From Kiritimatiellia bacterium (GTDB lineage: Bacteria > Verrucomicrobiota > Kiritimatiellia > RFP12 > UBA1067), in NCBI GenBank assembly GCA_050949565.1, contig JBMNFY010000010.1, forward strand, positions 352,611-416,610: a DNA stretch of 64,000 bases, in the 5' to 3' direction. The position numbers and the translations under genes were made by a program. Below are positions 36,434-45,501 of the stretch, piece by piece (positions within the stretch are counted from its first letter, which is position 1; the number at the start of each line of letters is the position of its first letter). The notes under the pieces are model-generated. The model saw only the letters and a program-made list of their open reading frames with translations, was not told the DNA's origin and ran no database searches.

Positions 36434-37039
36434 ATGAACAAGCTGACACAACTGCGAACGATCATTGCGTCCCTTGACGAAACGTTGGTCAAGGCGCTCT
36501 GTGGGCGCGCCGTCTTCAAGGTGAATGCGGAGCTCTACAACGAGATTCGGCGCCCGCTTCCTATCGTGGAAACCGCGAACCTCTTTGGCGCAGCATCGAC
36601 CATTGCCGGACGCATCCACATTTTGCGACCGTTTTATGTCAATACGTTACTGCCCGCGTTATGTGAGGCGGGGGAAGACGCGGATTGCCGCAAGTGCGTG
36701 ACGGCGGACGCCAGTTGCATGACCGCGCTGGCCCAGCGCCTCAACCTCTCGGTACATGTGGCCGCGTTGAAGTTGGGGGAGATTCCCGAGGCGTTGCGGC
36801 AACCGCTGATCGAACGTGACCCCGTGCTGTTGGAAACTGCAATTACTAACCATACGGTGGAGACCGAGGTGATCAAGCGCATCCTCGCCATGTCGCATGA
36901 ACAACATGCGGACGACACGTTGTCTGAGAAGATCGCCCTCATCTACAAGAGGTGGATCATCCCGATTTCGCGGAAGATCCAGGTGCATGATTTGCTGGTC
37001 AAGTATCGGCAAGAGGAGCCTTATCAAGGAGGTTCTTGA
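36434..37039 (+). CDS. Chorismate mutase, eukaryotic-type (AroQ-beta-like)
   Basis: L.QLR..I..LDETLV..L..R..F..N..LY, AD..C..AL..R, VA..K, ITN..VE..V..R, IYK.WIIP....QV..LL resemble recalled yeast/plant CM blocks; operon context with aroF and pheA. Confidence 0.72.
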   Translation: MNKLTQLRTIIASLDETLVKALCGRAVFKVNAELYNEIRRPLPIVETANLFGAASTIAGRIHILRPFYVNTLLPALCEAGEDADCRKCVTADASCMTALAQRLNLSVHVAALKLGEIPEALRQPLIERDPVLLETAITNHTVETEVIKRILAMSHEQHADDTLSEKIALIYKRWIIPISRKIQVHDLLVKYRQEEPYQGGS

Positions 37040-37047
37040 AAAACCAT

Positions 37048-37165
37048 CGTGGCATGGGCGTCTCGCCCATGAAACACGGGCAAGATGCCCGTACCACATC
37101 TCGAAACACGGGCAAGATGCCCGTGCCACATCTCGAAACACGGGCAAGATGCCCGTGCCACATCT
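37048..37165. repeat. REP-like palindrome array: one inverted copy plus three 32-bp tandem units
   Basis: gaaacacgggcaagatgcccgt(a/g)ccacatctc x3 from 37071, preceded by cgtggcatgggcgtctcgcccatg. Confidence 0.88.
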
Positions 37166-37184
37166 ACCCTCCAAGGAGAGAGCC

Positions 37185-38126
37185 ATGGCAATATTTGATG
37201 ACAATTCGTTGACGATCGGAAATACGCCGCTGGTACGTTTGAACCGGCTCGCGCGCGGTTTGGGTGCGACGGTGGCGGTGAAGATCGAGGGGCGCAACCC
37301 GGCCTATTCGATCAAGTGCCGCACGGCGGCGTCGATGGTCTGGGAAGCGGAACGTGACGGCAGGCTCACGCCCGGCATGGGGATTGTCGAACCGACCAGC
37401 GGTAACACTGGGATCGCGCTGGCGATGGTCGCCGCCGCGCGCGGGTACACGGCCACGCTGACGATGCCGGAGAGCATGAGTCTTGAACGGCGTCGTGTGC
37501 TGGCCGCGCTGGGGGCCGATCTGGTGTTGACACCTGCCGCTGCGGGTATGGCCGGCGCGGTACAGCGCGCCGAGGAGATGGCGCGCGAATCGCCCGAACG
37601 CTTTTTCCTGCCGGATCAGTTTTCCAACCCCGCGAATCCCTTGATCCATGAGCGGACAACCGGCCCGGAAATCTGGGCGCAGACCGATGGCAAAGTCGCT
37701 GCCGTGGTGGCCAGCGTCGGGACGGGCGGCACGGTCGTCGGTATCGGCCGTGCCTTCAAAAATCTCGGTGCCACCGTGCAGATGGTTGCCGTCGAGCCGA
37801 CCGAAAGCCCATTGTTGACGCAGTACAAGGCCGGTGATGCACTCAGGCCGGCACCGCACGGCATTCAGGGCATCGGCGCGAACTTCATTCCGAAGGTGGT
37901 GGATTTCTCGGTGATCGACCGTATCGAGACGGTCGGCACGGATGAGGCATTCGAGGTGTCGCGCCGACTGGCGCGCGAAGAGGGGGTGCTTTCGGGAATC
38001 TCTTGCGGCGCGGCTGTGGCGGCGGCGTTGCGGCTTGCCGCCGAGGACGCATTTGCCGGCCGGTTGATTGTCGCGATCCTGCCGGATTCGGGTGAGCGCT
38101 ATCTTTCCACGTCGCTCTTTGACTGA
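37185..38126 (+). CDS. cysK: Cysteine synthase A
   Basis: IGNTPLVRL, NPAYSIKCR (PLP Lys), EPTSGNTGIALA, TTGPEIW, VGTGGT, HGIQGIG, GISCGAA, PDSGERYLST; AAGGAG RBS. Confidence 0.96.
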   Translation: MAIFDDNSLTIGNTPLVRLNRLARGLGATVAVKIEGRNPAYSIKCRTAASMVWEAERDGRLTPGMGIVEPTSGNTGIALAMVAAARGYTATLTMPESMSLERRRVLAALGADLVLTPAAAGMAGAVQRAEEMARESPERFFLPDQFSNPANPLIHERTTGPEIWAQTDGKVAAVVASVGTGGTVVGIGRAFKNLGATVQMVAVEPTESPLLTQYKAGDALRPAPHGIQGIGANFIPKVVDFSVIDRIETVGTDEAFEVSRRLAREEGVLSGISCGAAVAAALRLAAEDAFAGRLIVAILPDSGERYLSTSLFD

Positions 38127-38143
38127 GTGGCGGAGGAGTCGGC

Positions 38144-39418
38144 ATGCGGACTGTCGCCTTTAAAACGTTTGGTTGCCGCTTGAATCAGGCCGAGACGGTT
38201 GCCTTCGAACAAGCCTTTGCCGCAGCCGGATTCCGCCGCGTGCGATTCGGCGAGCCGGCCGAGGTGGTGGTGGTGCACTCCTGTGTCGTGACGCAGACTG
38301 CGGAGAACGAGTGTCTGCGTCAGTTGCGGACGCTCCGTCGTAAGTGGCCGACGGTGCGGCTGGTACTCTCCGGTTGCGCGGCCGAGGCGGTACCGCAGGA
38401 GCGTTTGCTGGCGGCTGGCGCGGATCTGGTGGTTGGTCGTGCGCAGCGTGAGGTGCTTGTGCAGCGGGTGCTGGAACGCTGGCCGACGCCGCCGGAAGGT
38501 TTGGAGCGGCAAATGCCGGTTACACGCGCCTCCCCGCCGCGCCGGTCGCATCGTGCGCTTTTGAAGGTGCAGGACGGCTGTGATTTTTTTTGTGCGTACT
38601 GCATTGTGCCACATACGCGGGGCGGGCCGGTCAGTCGGCCGCTTGAAATCTGTCTGCGTGATGCGGCGGCGATGATCGCGGAGGGCTATCGCGAGATCGT
38701 GGTGACCGGCTGTAATATCGCGTGCTACGCCGACGGCTCGCGCGGTTTGGTCGATCTTCTCTCTGCGCTCTCCGCGCTACCGGGGCTGGGCCGCTTGCGG
38801 TTGGGATCGATCGAACCTGGCACCGTCGAGGGTGCGGTGGCCGAGTGGATGGCGTCGTCAGAAAAGATCTGCAAGTTTTTGCACCTGCCGATTCAAAGCG
38901 GAGACGACGGCGTGCTGGCGCGTATGGGACGACGTTACACGTCAGCCCAAGTGATCGATACCGTGCGGCGTGCACGGGCACTCATGCCGGATGCTGCGTT
39001 CGGAGCGGATGTGATTTGCGGCTTTCCGGGCGAAAGCGACGACGCCTTTGAACGGACGCTGCATGCGGTGGCTGAAGCAGGCTTCAGCAATCTGCATGTC
39101 TTCCCGTACAGTGAAAGGCCGGGAACGCCCGCCTGCACATTTGACGGGAGCGTACCGGTCGCCGTGCGCCGTCAGCGAGCTAAGCGGTTAATCGCGCAAG
39201 GTGACGCGCAGCGAGAAGCTTTCGCGCACCGGTTTCTCGGCCAGCGTGTCGAGGTGTTGGTGGAGCGTTTCGATCGCGAAGGACGCGCCTGCGGCTGGAG
39301 CGGGGAGTACCTGCCCTGCGCGGTCAGCGGCGTGCCTCGCGAACGGGTGGGCGACCTGTGCGTGTTTACAGTTGAAAAGGTGTGCGGTACGACACTGGTC
39401 GGGTCGGCAATCGGGTGA
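38144..39418 (+). CDS. mtaB: Radical SAM tRNA methylthiotransferase, MtaB-type
   Basis: TFGCRLNQ.E, SCVVT, GC, LKVQDGCDFFCAYC, RLGSIEP, HLPIQSG, GFPGE, HVFPYS.RPGT. Confidence 0.85.
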   Translation: MRTVAFKTFGCRLNQAETVAFEQAFAAAGFRRVRFGEPAEVVVVHSCVVTQTAENECLRQLRTLRRKWPTVRLVLSGCAAEAVPQERLLAAGADLVVGRAQREVLVQRVLERWPTPPEGLERQMPVTRASPPRRSHRALLKVQDGCDFFCAYCIVPHTRGGPVSRPLEICLRDAAAMIAEGYREIVVTGCNIACYADGSRGLVDLLSALSALPGLGRLRLGSIEPGTVEGAVAEWMASSEKICKFLHLPIQSGDDGVLARMGRRYTSAQVIDTVRRARALMPDAAFGADVICGFPGESDDAFERTLHAVAEAGFSNLHVFPYSERPGTPACTFDGSVPVAVRRQRAKRLIAQGDAQREAFAHRFLGQRVEVLVERFDREGRACGWSGEYLPCAVSGVPRERVGDLCVFTVEKVCGTTLVGSAIG

Positions 39419-39436
39419 TGAGGGGCATGGCGAAGG

Positions 39437-39740
39437 TTTTTTTAACGCAGAGACGCAGAGTTTTTTAGGCATGGTCAGGGGGGGTCTATCCACAGATTTT
39501 TTTGGAGGCGGGAAGGCGATTATTGCTACCACGTAGTGGCTCGCAATCTTGAGAGTAAAAGCGCTGCTCTTTCGCCGCGAAGCGGCAAATTCGGTCATCG
39601 GGCTTGGGTGTGTTCGACTAAGAGTTAGGACTAAGAGTGTCTCCGCGCCGTGCGCGGAGGGAAAGCGGTGCCGCGACCCGCGCGTAGCGCGTCTCTTGTC
39701 ACCGCACTCCAAATTTTCCGCCGCGCTACGCGCGGCACAA
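39437..39740. repeat. Mosaic intergenic repeats including a ~125-bp composite element (39615-39740)
   Basis: ttttttaacgcagagacgcagag (inverse of 11068-11100), atccacagatt, gactaagagt x2, gaaagcggtgccgcgacccgcgc...ccgcactccaaa, ccgcgctacgcgcgg. Confidence 0.8.
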
Positions 39741-39822
39741 AATACTTGTTCTCTGCGGCTATTATTCCCGCAACCATGCTAAAAATGTGTATACTGTGGG
39801 CATGAACCCGGAGGAGCTTAAG

Positions 39823-41295
39823 ATGGTCAAATATGTGGGTATTGTATGCGTGATGGTAGCGTTAGTGTGCAGTGGTGCGGATGAGCGCCCCTCTGTCCGA
39901 TGGCGCGGCTTCAATCTGCTTGGGATGTTTATCAACCATGGACAGACCCCGCACTTTGAAGAAGAGGACTTCAAGCTCATCAGTGAGTTGGGCTTCAACT
40001 TTGTGCGGCTCCCGATGGACTATCGGTTCTGGATTAAAGACAAGGACTGGACCGTCATTGACGACGAACGGCTGGCGCCGGTGGATCAGGCGGTAGCGTA
40101 CGGCAAGAAATACGGGTTGCATGTGCAGCTCTGCTTCCATCGCGCGCCGGGTTACACCGTGGCCAAGCCGCCGGAACCCCGCGATCTCTTCACCGATCCA
40201 GAAGCGCTGCGGGTCTGTTCGATGCATTGGGCGCATTTTGCGCGGCGCTACAAAGGCATTCCCTCCAGTGAACTGAGCTTCAATCTGTTCAACGAGCCGG
40301 GCGATGTCTCCGAAGAGGCGTATGAGCGCGTTGCCACGGCGTTGGTCGCCGCGATTCGCGAAGTGGATCCTAAGCGCTTTATTGTCGCGGACGGTTTACG
40401 TTGGGGCGGACGCCCGGCAGAAAGCCTCTTTAAACTTGGTATTGGACAAGCCATGCGCGGGTATGCGCCGATGTCGATCTCGCACTACATGGCGAGCTGG
40501 GTCGGCACGCCTTCGGACGATCCGGTCTGGCCGCCGCCACAAGCGGTGAGCCCACTCTACGGGCCGGGCAAGAGGCCGTGGAATGTGCCGCTTGTCATCG
40601 AGCAGGTGCCGGCGGGCACACTGTCCGTGCAGCCGGGCATGGTGTCGGGCAAGGTGCGGCTCTGTGTCGATGCTGACGGCACGCGCGTGCTCGACCAAGT
40701 GCTGGAGCCGCTTCAAGACGCGCCCGGCTGGACCAACGTGGTCTACAAGAGCGAGTGGAAGATCAATCAGGGACGTTGCGTGCGCACCTTCAACGCCACG
40801 TTGCCGCGTGATGTGCGTCGGTTGCTGATCAGCCTGCCGGAGGGCGACTGGGCGCAGCTTTCAAAACTCACGCTGACCGGTCGTGACGGTCAGACCGCCA
40901 TCATGCCCTTTGAACAGACGTGGGGCCGCACGAATGAGTTGTTCCGTTTCACGGGGTTTGGCCCAGGCAAGGGATTTCAATCCGCGCAGGGCCGTCTGGA
41001 CGGACCTGCCTACTTGAAGAAGACATTGATGGATGCGTGGCAGCCCGCGTTTGATGCCGGTGTCTTCACAATGGTTGGCGAGTTCGGCGCCTACAACAAG
41101 ACACCGCATGCGCTGGTACTGGTCTGGATGGAAGACTACCTGCGCCTCTGGAAAGAGCGGAATCTCGGCTGGGCGCTCTGGAACTTCCGCGGTTCGTTCG
41201 GCGTGCTCGACAGCGGCCGCGAGGATGTAGAGTACGAGCCGTTTCACGGCCATCAACTCGACCGCAAGATGCTTGATCTGTTGCTGAAGTTCTAG
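39823..41295 (+). CDS. GH5 family glycoside hydrolase, secreted
   Basis: Signal peptide; WRGFNL, GFNFVRLP.DY, HRAPGY, FNLFNEP (acid/base), VGEFG (nucleophile), GWALWNFRGSFG. Confidence 0.92.
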   Translation: MVKYVGIVCVMVALVCSGADERPSVRWRGFNLLGMFINHGQTPHFEEEDFKLISELGFNFVRLPMDYRFWIKDKDWTVIDDERLAPVDQAVAYGKKYGLHVQLCFHRAPGYTVAKPPEPRDLFTDPEALRVCSMHWAHFARRYKGIPSSELSFNLFNEPGDVSEEAYERVATALVAAIREVDPKRFIVADGLRWGGRPAESLFKLGIGQAMRGYAPMSISHYMASWVGTPSDDPVWPPPQAVSPLYGPGKRPWNVPLVIEQVPAGTLSVQPGMVSGKVRLCVDADGTRVLDQVLEPLQDAPGWTNVVYKSEWKINQGRCVRTFNATLPRDVRRLLISLPEGDWAQLSKLTLTGRDGQTAIMPFEQTWGRTNELFRFTGFGPGKGFQSAQGRLDGPAYLKKTLMDAWQPAFDAGVFTMVGEFGAYNKTPHALVLVWMEDYLRLWKERNLGWALWNFRGSFGVLDSGREDVEYEPFHGHQLDRKMLDLLLKF

Positions 41296-41375
41296 GGCTG
41301 TAAGGCTGTGAGACCGTGAGGCAGTAAGTTCGCTCCGCCGCCTTAACTCCCTACAGCCTCACAGCCTTAACACCA
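41296..41375. repeat. Inverted octamer arrays (GGCTGT.A / .ACAGCC) forming a hairpin between convergent genes
   Basis: ggctgtaaggctgtgagaccgtgaggcagtaag ... cttaactccctacagcctcacagcctta. Confidence 0.7.
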
Positions 41376-41382
41376 ACGCCGA

Positions 41383-44013
41383 CTACTTGAACTCTTTGAT
41401 CCGCAGATTGCGGTACTGAATCTTCATCGGCGGTCCGGCATGCATCTGCAGGGTGATGAAGCCTTTCGTTGGCATCATCGCGGGCCGATGGTCAGTCAAC
41501 TCGCAGGTCTTGATACCGTTGACGAAGAGCGTCATCGTCGGGCCTTTGGCGATGATGGTGTATTCGTTCCAGTCATCCCGCTTGAAGACCCGGTTGCCCA
41601 ACTCCTTGGCATCGGCAAAGCGGTCGACGGTTTTCTTGCCGTCAGCCGCGATCGTGACCTTGGCGCCGCGCTCGCCGACCAGATGCTGCTTGGGGTGATA
41701 GAGGAAGCCGACGTAGTTGCCGCCGCCATCCATGTCGGCCTGATAGCCGCTATCGCCAAACTCCTGATCAAGTGCGCGGAGCTGAATGCCCGAGTTGGCC
41801 GTGGGGCTGAGCTTAAACTCGGCGCGCAGTTCAAAGTTAGCGGGCTGACTGGCGGTATAGATCAAGTGGCTGTTCTTTTTGCACGGCTTTTCTGTAGAAC
41901 TCTGAGCCTGCAAGATGCCGTCCTTAACCTCCCACCAACCATCGCCGCCCTTCCAGTTTTTCAGGCTGACACCATCGAACATCGGCGTGAATCCCTTCTC
42001 CGCCATAAGTCCCTGCGTGGCCTTGATGGATGCGGCAAGCAGTGCCTTGTCTTCATCGCGCAACGCCCAGGCCTGCGCCTGTTCGAGACGTGCGAGCTGC
42101 GTCTTGAGCGGAATCGTGAAGCTCTGTTCAAGCTGGCGCACGAAGCCGCGCAACGCCAGAATCTTCAGGCGGTCGCTCGGTGCGTTCTGCGCAAAGTTTG
42201 CGGCATCCTCAAGCGCGTCGGGTGTCCGCCAGTCTGCCAGTGCGCGGATGGCGGCCTCGCGCAAGGGAGCGTCGGCCGTCTGCTTGGAGGCGGCACGCGC
42301 CACGGCGAGTCCTTGGTCGTTGCCGAGCGAGGTCAGCACTTGGAAGAGCGCCAGTTTTTCTGCGCCGGCAGCGCTGTCATAGGCAGCCTGGATCGGGGTC
42401 ATCGCTGACGGCAACAGCGTGACGCCACTCAGATGAACCGAGTCGTTTTCACGCACCTGCACGCTCTTTTCCACACCGTCAAAGGTGTAGACCATGCGCA
42501 GCGTCTTGACCTTGCCCGGCGCGGGGTCTTCACTAAAGCCGTCCCGCTTGCAGAGTCGCCCCGAGGACTGGATGGTGATGGAGCCCGCGTCCACCAGCTT
42601 CTGAACGTTGTCGGTGACATCCTTGACCAGTTCGTTCTCGAAGCTGCCATACACGGCGCTATGGATCACGGTCTTGCCGGCGCGGGGCCGCGCGTAACGG
42701 GTACAGAGTGATGACAACGCACGTATCGCGGTCTCGCTCTGCGGGGTCTTTTTGATTACGGTTAGTAGCGCGGGAATCTCCTTGTCGCTGCCGAGGTCGC
42801 CCAATCCTCTGACGGCGGCGTCGAGAACCTTCGCATCGCCGTCGTTGGTGAGCTTGACCAGCGCCGGGACAGCCACTGCCATGCGGCGGCGCATCGCCAT
42901 GTCAATGCCGGCCAGCCGCGTTGCGGCATCGCCGTCAGCCATCATGCCCAGCACAGCGTCATCAGCCGCCTTGCCGGCAAATCCCATGATCTCATTCTTG
43001 GCGGCGTTAGCGATCGTACCGTCAGCATGCTTGGCCAGTGCCATCAGCGGCGGCAGAGCGGCCGGGTCATCAAGGGTGGCCAACGCGGCAGCGGCGGCCA
43101 GACGGTTCGCAAGCGTGACCTTCTCGTCCTTGGCCAGGGCGGCCAATGCGGGCACAGCGGCCTTGTCGCCACGCAGACCAAGCACTTTGGCTAGACGCGT
43201 TTGGACGGTTGGATGTTTGGCCAGCGCGGCGGCGAAAGTTTGCGTGGCCTTCGCGCCCTTGGGCGTATCGAGCACTGCGCGCAACGCGGCGTCAACAGTA
43301 TCACTGTTGGTTGCGCCGATCGCTTCCTGCCAGAGTGCCAGGCCGGCGTCGCCGCCGGTTACGATCGCACCGCGCAGGGCTGCATCACGCACAGCCGGCG
43401 AAGCCGCTGATGTGGCGCTGCGCAGGTCGGCATAGCAGGCTGCGGCGCGGGCCGCATCGGTGCAGGCCAGCTTTCCTGCGCCGTTGAGATATGCCACCGC
43501 CACGTCGGGCGACGTGTTGAGTTTGGCTTTGAGCGCAGCCATCGCCTCGGGCGTCGCCAGTTTGCCCAGCGATTGCACGGCGGCTGCGGCAACCGCTTTG
43601 TCGGCATCGGTCATGCGGCTGATGAGCACGGTGACCGACTGCGCGTTACCGCGGTTGCCCATCGATTGCAACACGCCCACAAGCGCGGGGCCGGAGAGCT
43701 TGCCCGCCGCTTCGCACAGCGTGGTCTCGACGGCGGGGTCGGAGATCATCTCCAGCCCGTAGCGCGCCGCGTGGCGCAGGTGCGCCTTGTCGCTCGACAA
43801 CAGCGCAGCCAACGGCGCGATGGCTATTTTCGTACCGCACCAGCCGAGGTTTTGGCAGGCGGTGACCTTATCATTGTCAGTGGTGTCAGCTTTCTGGATA
43901 ACCTCGATCAACTTGGCTTCATCCATCAGGATCGCTTGATCCAACTCGGCACGCACGGTGAGACCGGCCGCTAAGGCAAGAAACAACAGAACATTTTTTT
44001 TCATTTTTTGCAT
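41383..44013 (-). CDS. Secreted HEAT-repeat protein with C-terminal DUF1080 (3-keto-disaccharide hydrolase) domain
   Basis: Signal peptide; many HEAT repeats (AA..ALG.L, AVPAL..L); small YG...DP.PG..K.L insert; C-terminal FDG..L..W, NFEL..EF, NSGIQ.R, GYQAD, WNEY.I, G.I.LQ.H, YRN.RIK. Confidence 0.88.
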   Translation of the reverse strand: MQKMKKNVLLFLALAAGLTVRAELDQAILMDEAKLIEVIQKADTTDNDKVTACQNLGWCGTKIAIAPLAALLSSDKAHLRHAARYGLEMISDPAVETTLCEAAGKLSGPALVGVLQSMGNRGNAQSVTVLISRMTDADKAVAAAAVQSLGKLATPEAMAALKAKLNTSPDVAVAYLNGAGKLACTDAARAAACYADLRSATSAASPAVRDAALRGAIVTGGDAGLALWQEAIGATNSDTVDAALRAVLDTPKGAKATQTFAAALAKHPTVQTRLAKVLGLRGDKAAVPALAALAKDEKVTLANRLAAAAALATLDDPAALPPLMALAKHADGTIANAAKNEIMGFAGKAADDAVLGMMADGDAATRLAGIDMAMRRRMAVAVPALVKLTNDGDAKVLDAAVRGLGDLGSDKEIPALLTVIKKTPQSETAIRALSSLCTRYARPRAGKTVIHSAVYGSFENELVKDVTDNVQKLVDAGSITIQSSGRLCKRDGFSEDPAPGKVKTLRMVYTFDGVEKSVQVRENDSVHLSGVTLLPSAMTPIQAAYDSAAGAEKLALFQVLTSLGNDQGLAVARAASKQTADAPLREAAIRALADWRTPDALEDAANFAQNAPSDRLKILALRGFVRQLEQSFTIPLKTQLARLEQAQAWALRDEDKALLAASIKATQGLMAEKGFTPMFDGVSLKNWKGGDGWWEVKDGILQAQSSTEKPCKKNSHLIYTASQPANFELRAEFKLSPTANSGIQLRALDQEFGDSGYQADMDGGGNYVGFLYHPKQHLVGERGAKVTIAADGKKTVDRFADAKELGNRVFKRDDWNEYTIIAKGPTMTLFVNGIKTCELTDHRPAMMPTKGFITLQMHAGPPMKIQYRNLRIKEFK

Positions 44014-44036
44014 CCTCGATCGTGTACCGTTACCGT

Positions 44037-45368
44037 TTAACAGATCTGCCAGCCTTCACGGGCGGCACGCGAACGCAGGCGGTTGGCCTGCTCGTCGTTG
44101 ACAAATTCTTCCTTCACCGGATCCCAGGTGAGGTCGCGCTTCAACCACTGCGCGATGTTCGCGCAGTGCACGGTGCTCATTGAGCGGTGCGTGAGCGTCG
44201 GATTGGCGACCGTGATGGTGCGGTTTTTGACACTGGCGAAGAAGTCTTTCATGTGGCCGACCAGATGCCCGGTACGGGTCAGGTAGTCCTGCAGGATCTT
44301 GTTGTAGTCCGCCAGCATCGCCGGGTTGGAGACCTCCGGGCGCGCATAGCCGTCGGCGCATGCGCACCAGCCTTCGCTGCCCACGTAGCGTATGCCGCAG
44401 GTGCCGCGCCAGCCCTCCTGCTTCTGGATCATAGTGACACCGTTGGCAAACGGCATTTCCATGCCGTCCGCTGTGGGGGTCGGCACATACGGATAGCGGA
44501 TAGGGGAGGTGTCCTGCATGCCAAGTGCGTCATGACACTGCGCGAAGGTATGCGAACCCCACTCACCGATCACGCTGGTGTAGAAATCGTGCTGGTGGTG
44601 CCAGCCGCCGTGTACGTAGGATTTGTTGTATGGACGCCAGGGGCAGGGGCCCAGCCAGCGGTCCCAATCCAGTTCCTGCGGATCGGGCAGCGGCTGCTCC
44701 GGAAGCCACTCGCGGTTCATGTTGACATTGCCCCACGGCGCGAGATGCGCATAGACCGTCTTGACTTCGCCCAGACGACCGAGACGCAGGAGTTCGTTAC
44801 AGACAATGAAATTCGCCTCGCTGAGGCGCTGCATGCCGGCCTGATAGACACGGCCGTACTCACGTGCGGTGCGCACGACGACCTGCCCCTCGGCAATGGT
44901 CATTGTGGCCGGTTTCTCAGTGAAGACATCCTTGCCCGCACGCATGGCGCGGATCGAGATCGTGGCGTGGAGCCGGTCACTGGTGGCCGTGATGATCGCG
45001 TCGATGTCCGGGCGCGCCAGCACATCCATCATCTCGATGTAGGTCTTGCAGTCTTGATTGCCGTAATGTTTGTCGGTCATGGCCTTGACCGTGTCGCGCC
45101 GATCGCGGCGGACGTCACAGATCGCCACGAACTGAGCTTGGGCGTCCGGCAGGATCCAACTCCGCAGATCGCCCATGCCGCGCCCGCCCAAACCGATGCC
45201 GGCCATGACGATACGCTCGCTTGGCGCCACCGCGCCATTCAATCCTAACGCCGACCCCGGCACGAGCGTCGGCATGGCAACTGCCGCAACGCCCGCCTGG
45301 GCCATCCCCCTCAGAAACTGCCGCCGGCCAATGCCTTGCCGTCCTGATTTCGACTGCCGATCCCTCAT
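44037..45368 (-). CDS. Tat-exported Gfo/Idh/MocA family oxidoreductase
   Basis: GRRQFL twin-arginine motif; APSERI...IG.GGRG; AICDV; H.......AGKDVFTEKP; WD.WLGP.P. Confidence 0.92.
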   Translation of the reverse strand: MRDRQSKSGRQGIGRRQFLRGMAQAGVAAVAMPTLVPGSALGLNGAVAPSERIVMAGIGLGGRGMGDLRSWILPDAQAQFVAICDVRRDRRDTVKAMTDKHYGNQDCKTYIEMMDVLARPDIDAIITATSDRLHATISIRAMRAGKDVFTEKPATMTIAEGQVVVRTAREYGRVYQAGMQRLSEANFIVCNELLRLGRLGEVKTVYAHLAPWGNVNMNREWLPEQPLPDPQELDWDRWLGPCPWRPYNKSYVHGGWHHQHDFYTSVIGEWGSHTFAQCHDALGMQDTSPIRYPYVPTPTADGMEMPFANGVTMIQKQEGWRGTCGIRYVGSEGWCACADGYARPEVSNPAMLADYNKILQDYLTRTGHLVGHMKDFFASVKNRTITVANPTLTHRSMSTVHCANIAQWLKRDLTWDPVKEEFVNDEQANRLRSRAAREGWQIC

Positions 45369-45501
45369 CTTCGTTCCTCCCTAATTGGTTAACTGATCGT
45401 TCCTCAGTCCTTTTACAATCCGCAACAATACACTATCCATAATACGCCGATCTTCCGCATCTGTCTTGTAAAGCGCCCCTAAAAATGTGTACACTATAAG
45501 C

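Noticed and set aside
37071-37165. 32-bp repeats as a CRISPR array
   Set aside because: Units are directly adjacent with no unique spacers, and no cas genes are in the window; they fit a REP-like tandem
36897-37184. Extended N-terminus of CysK
   Set aside because: Overlaps the chorismate mutase gene and the repeat array; the RBS supports ATG 37185
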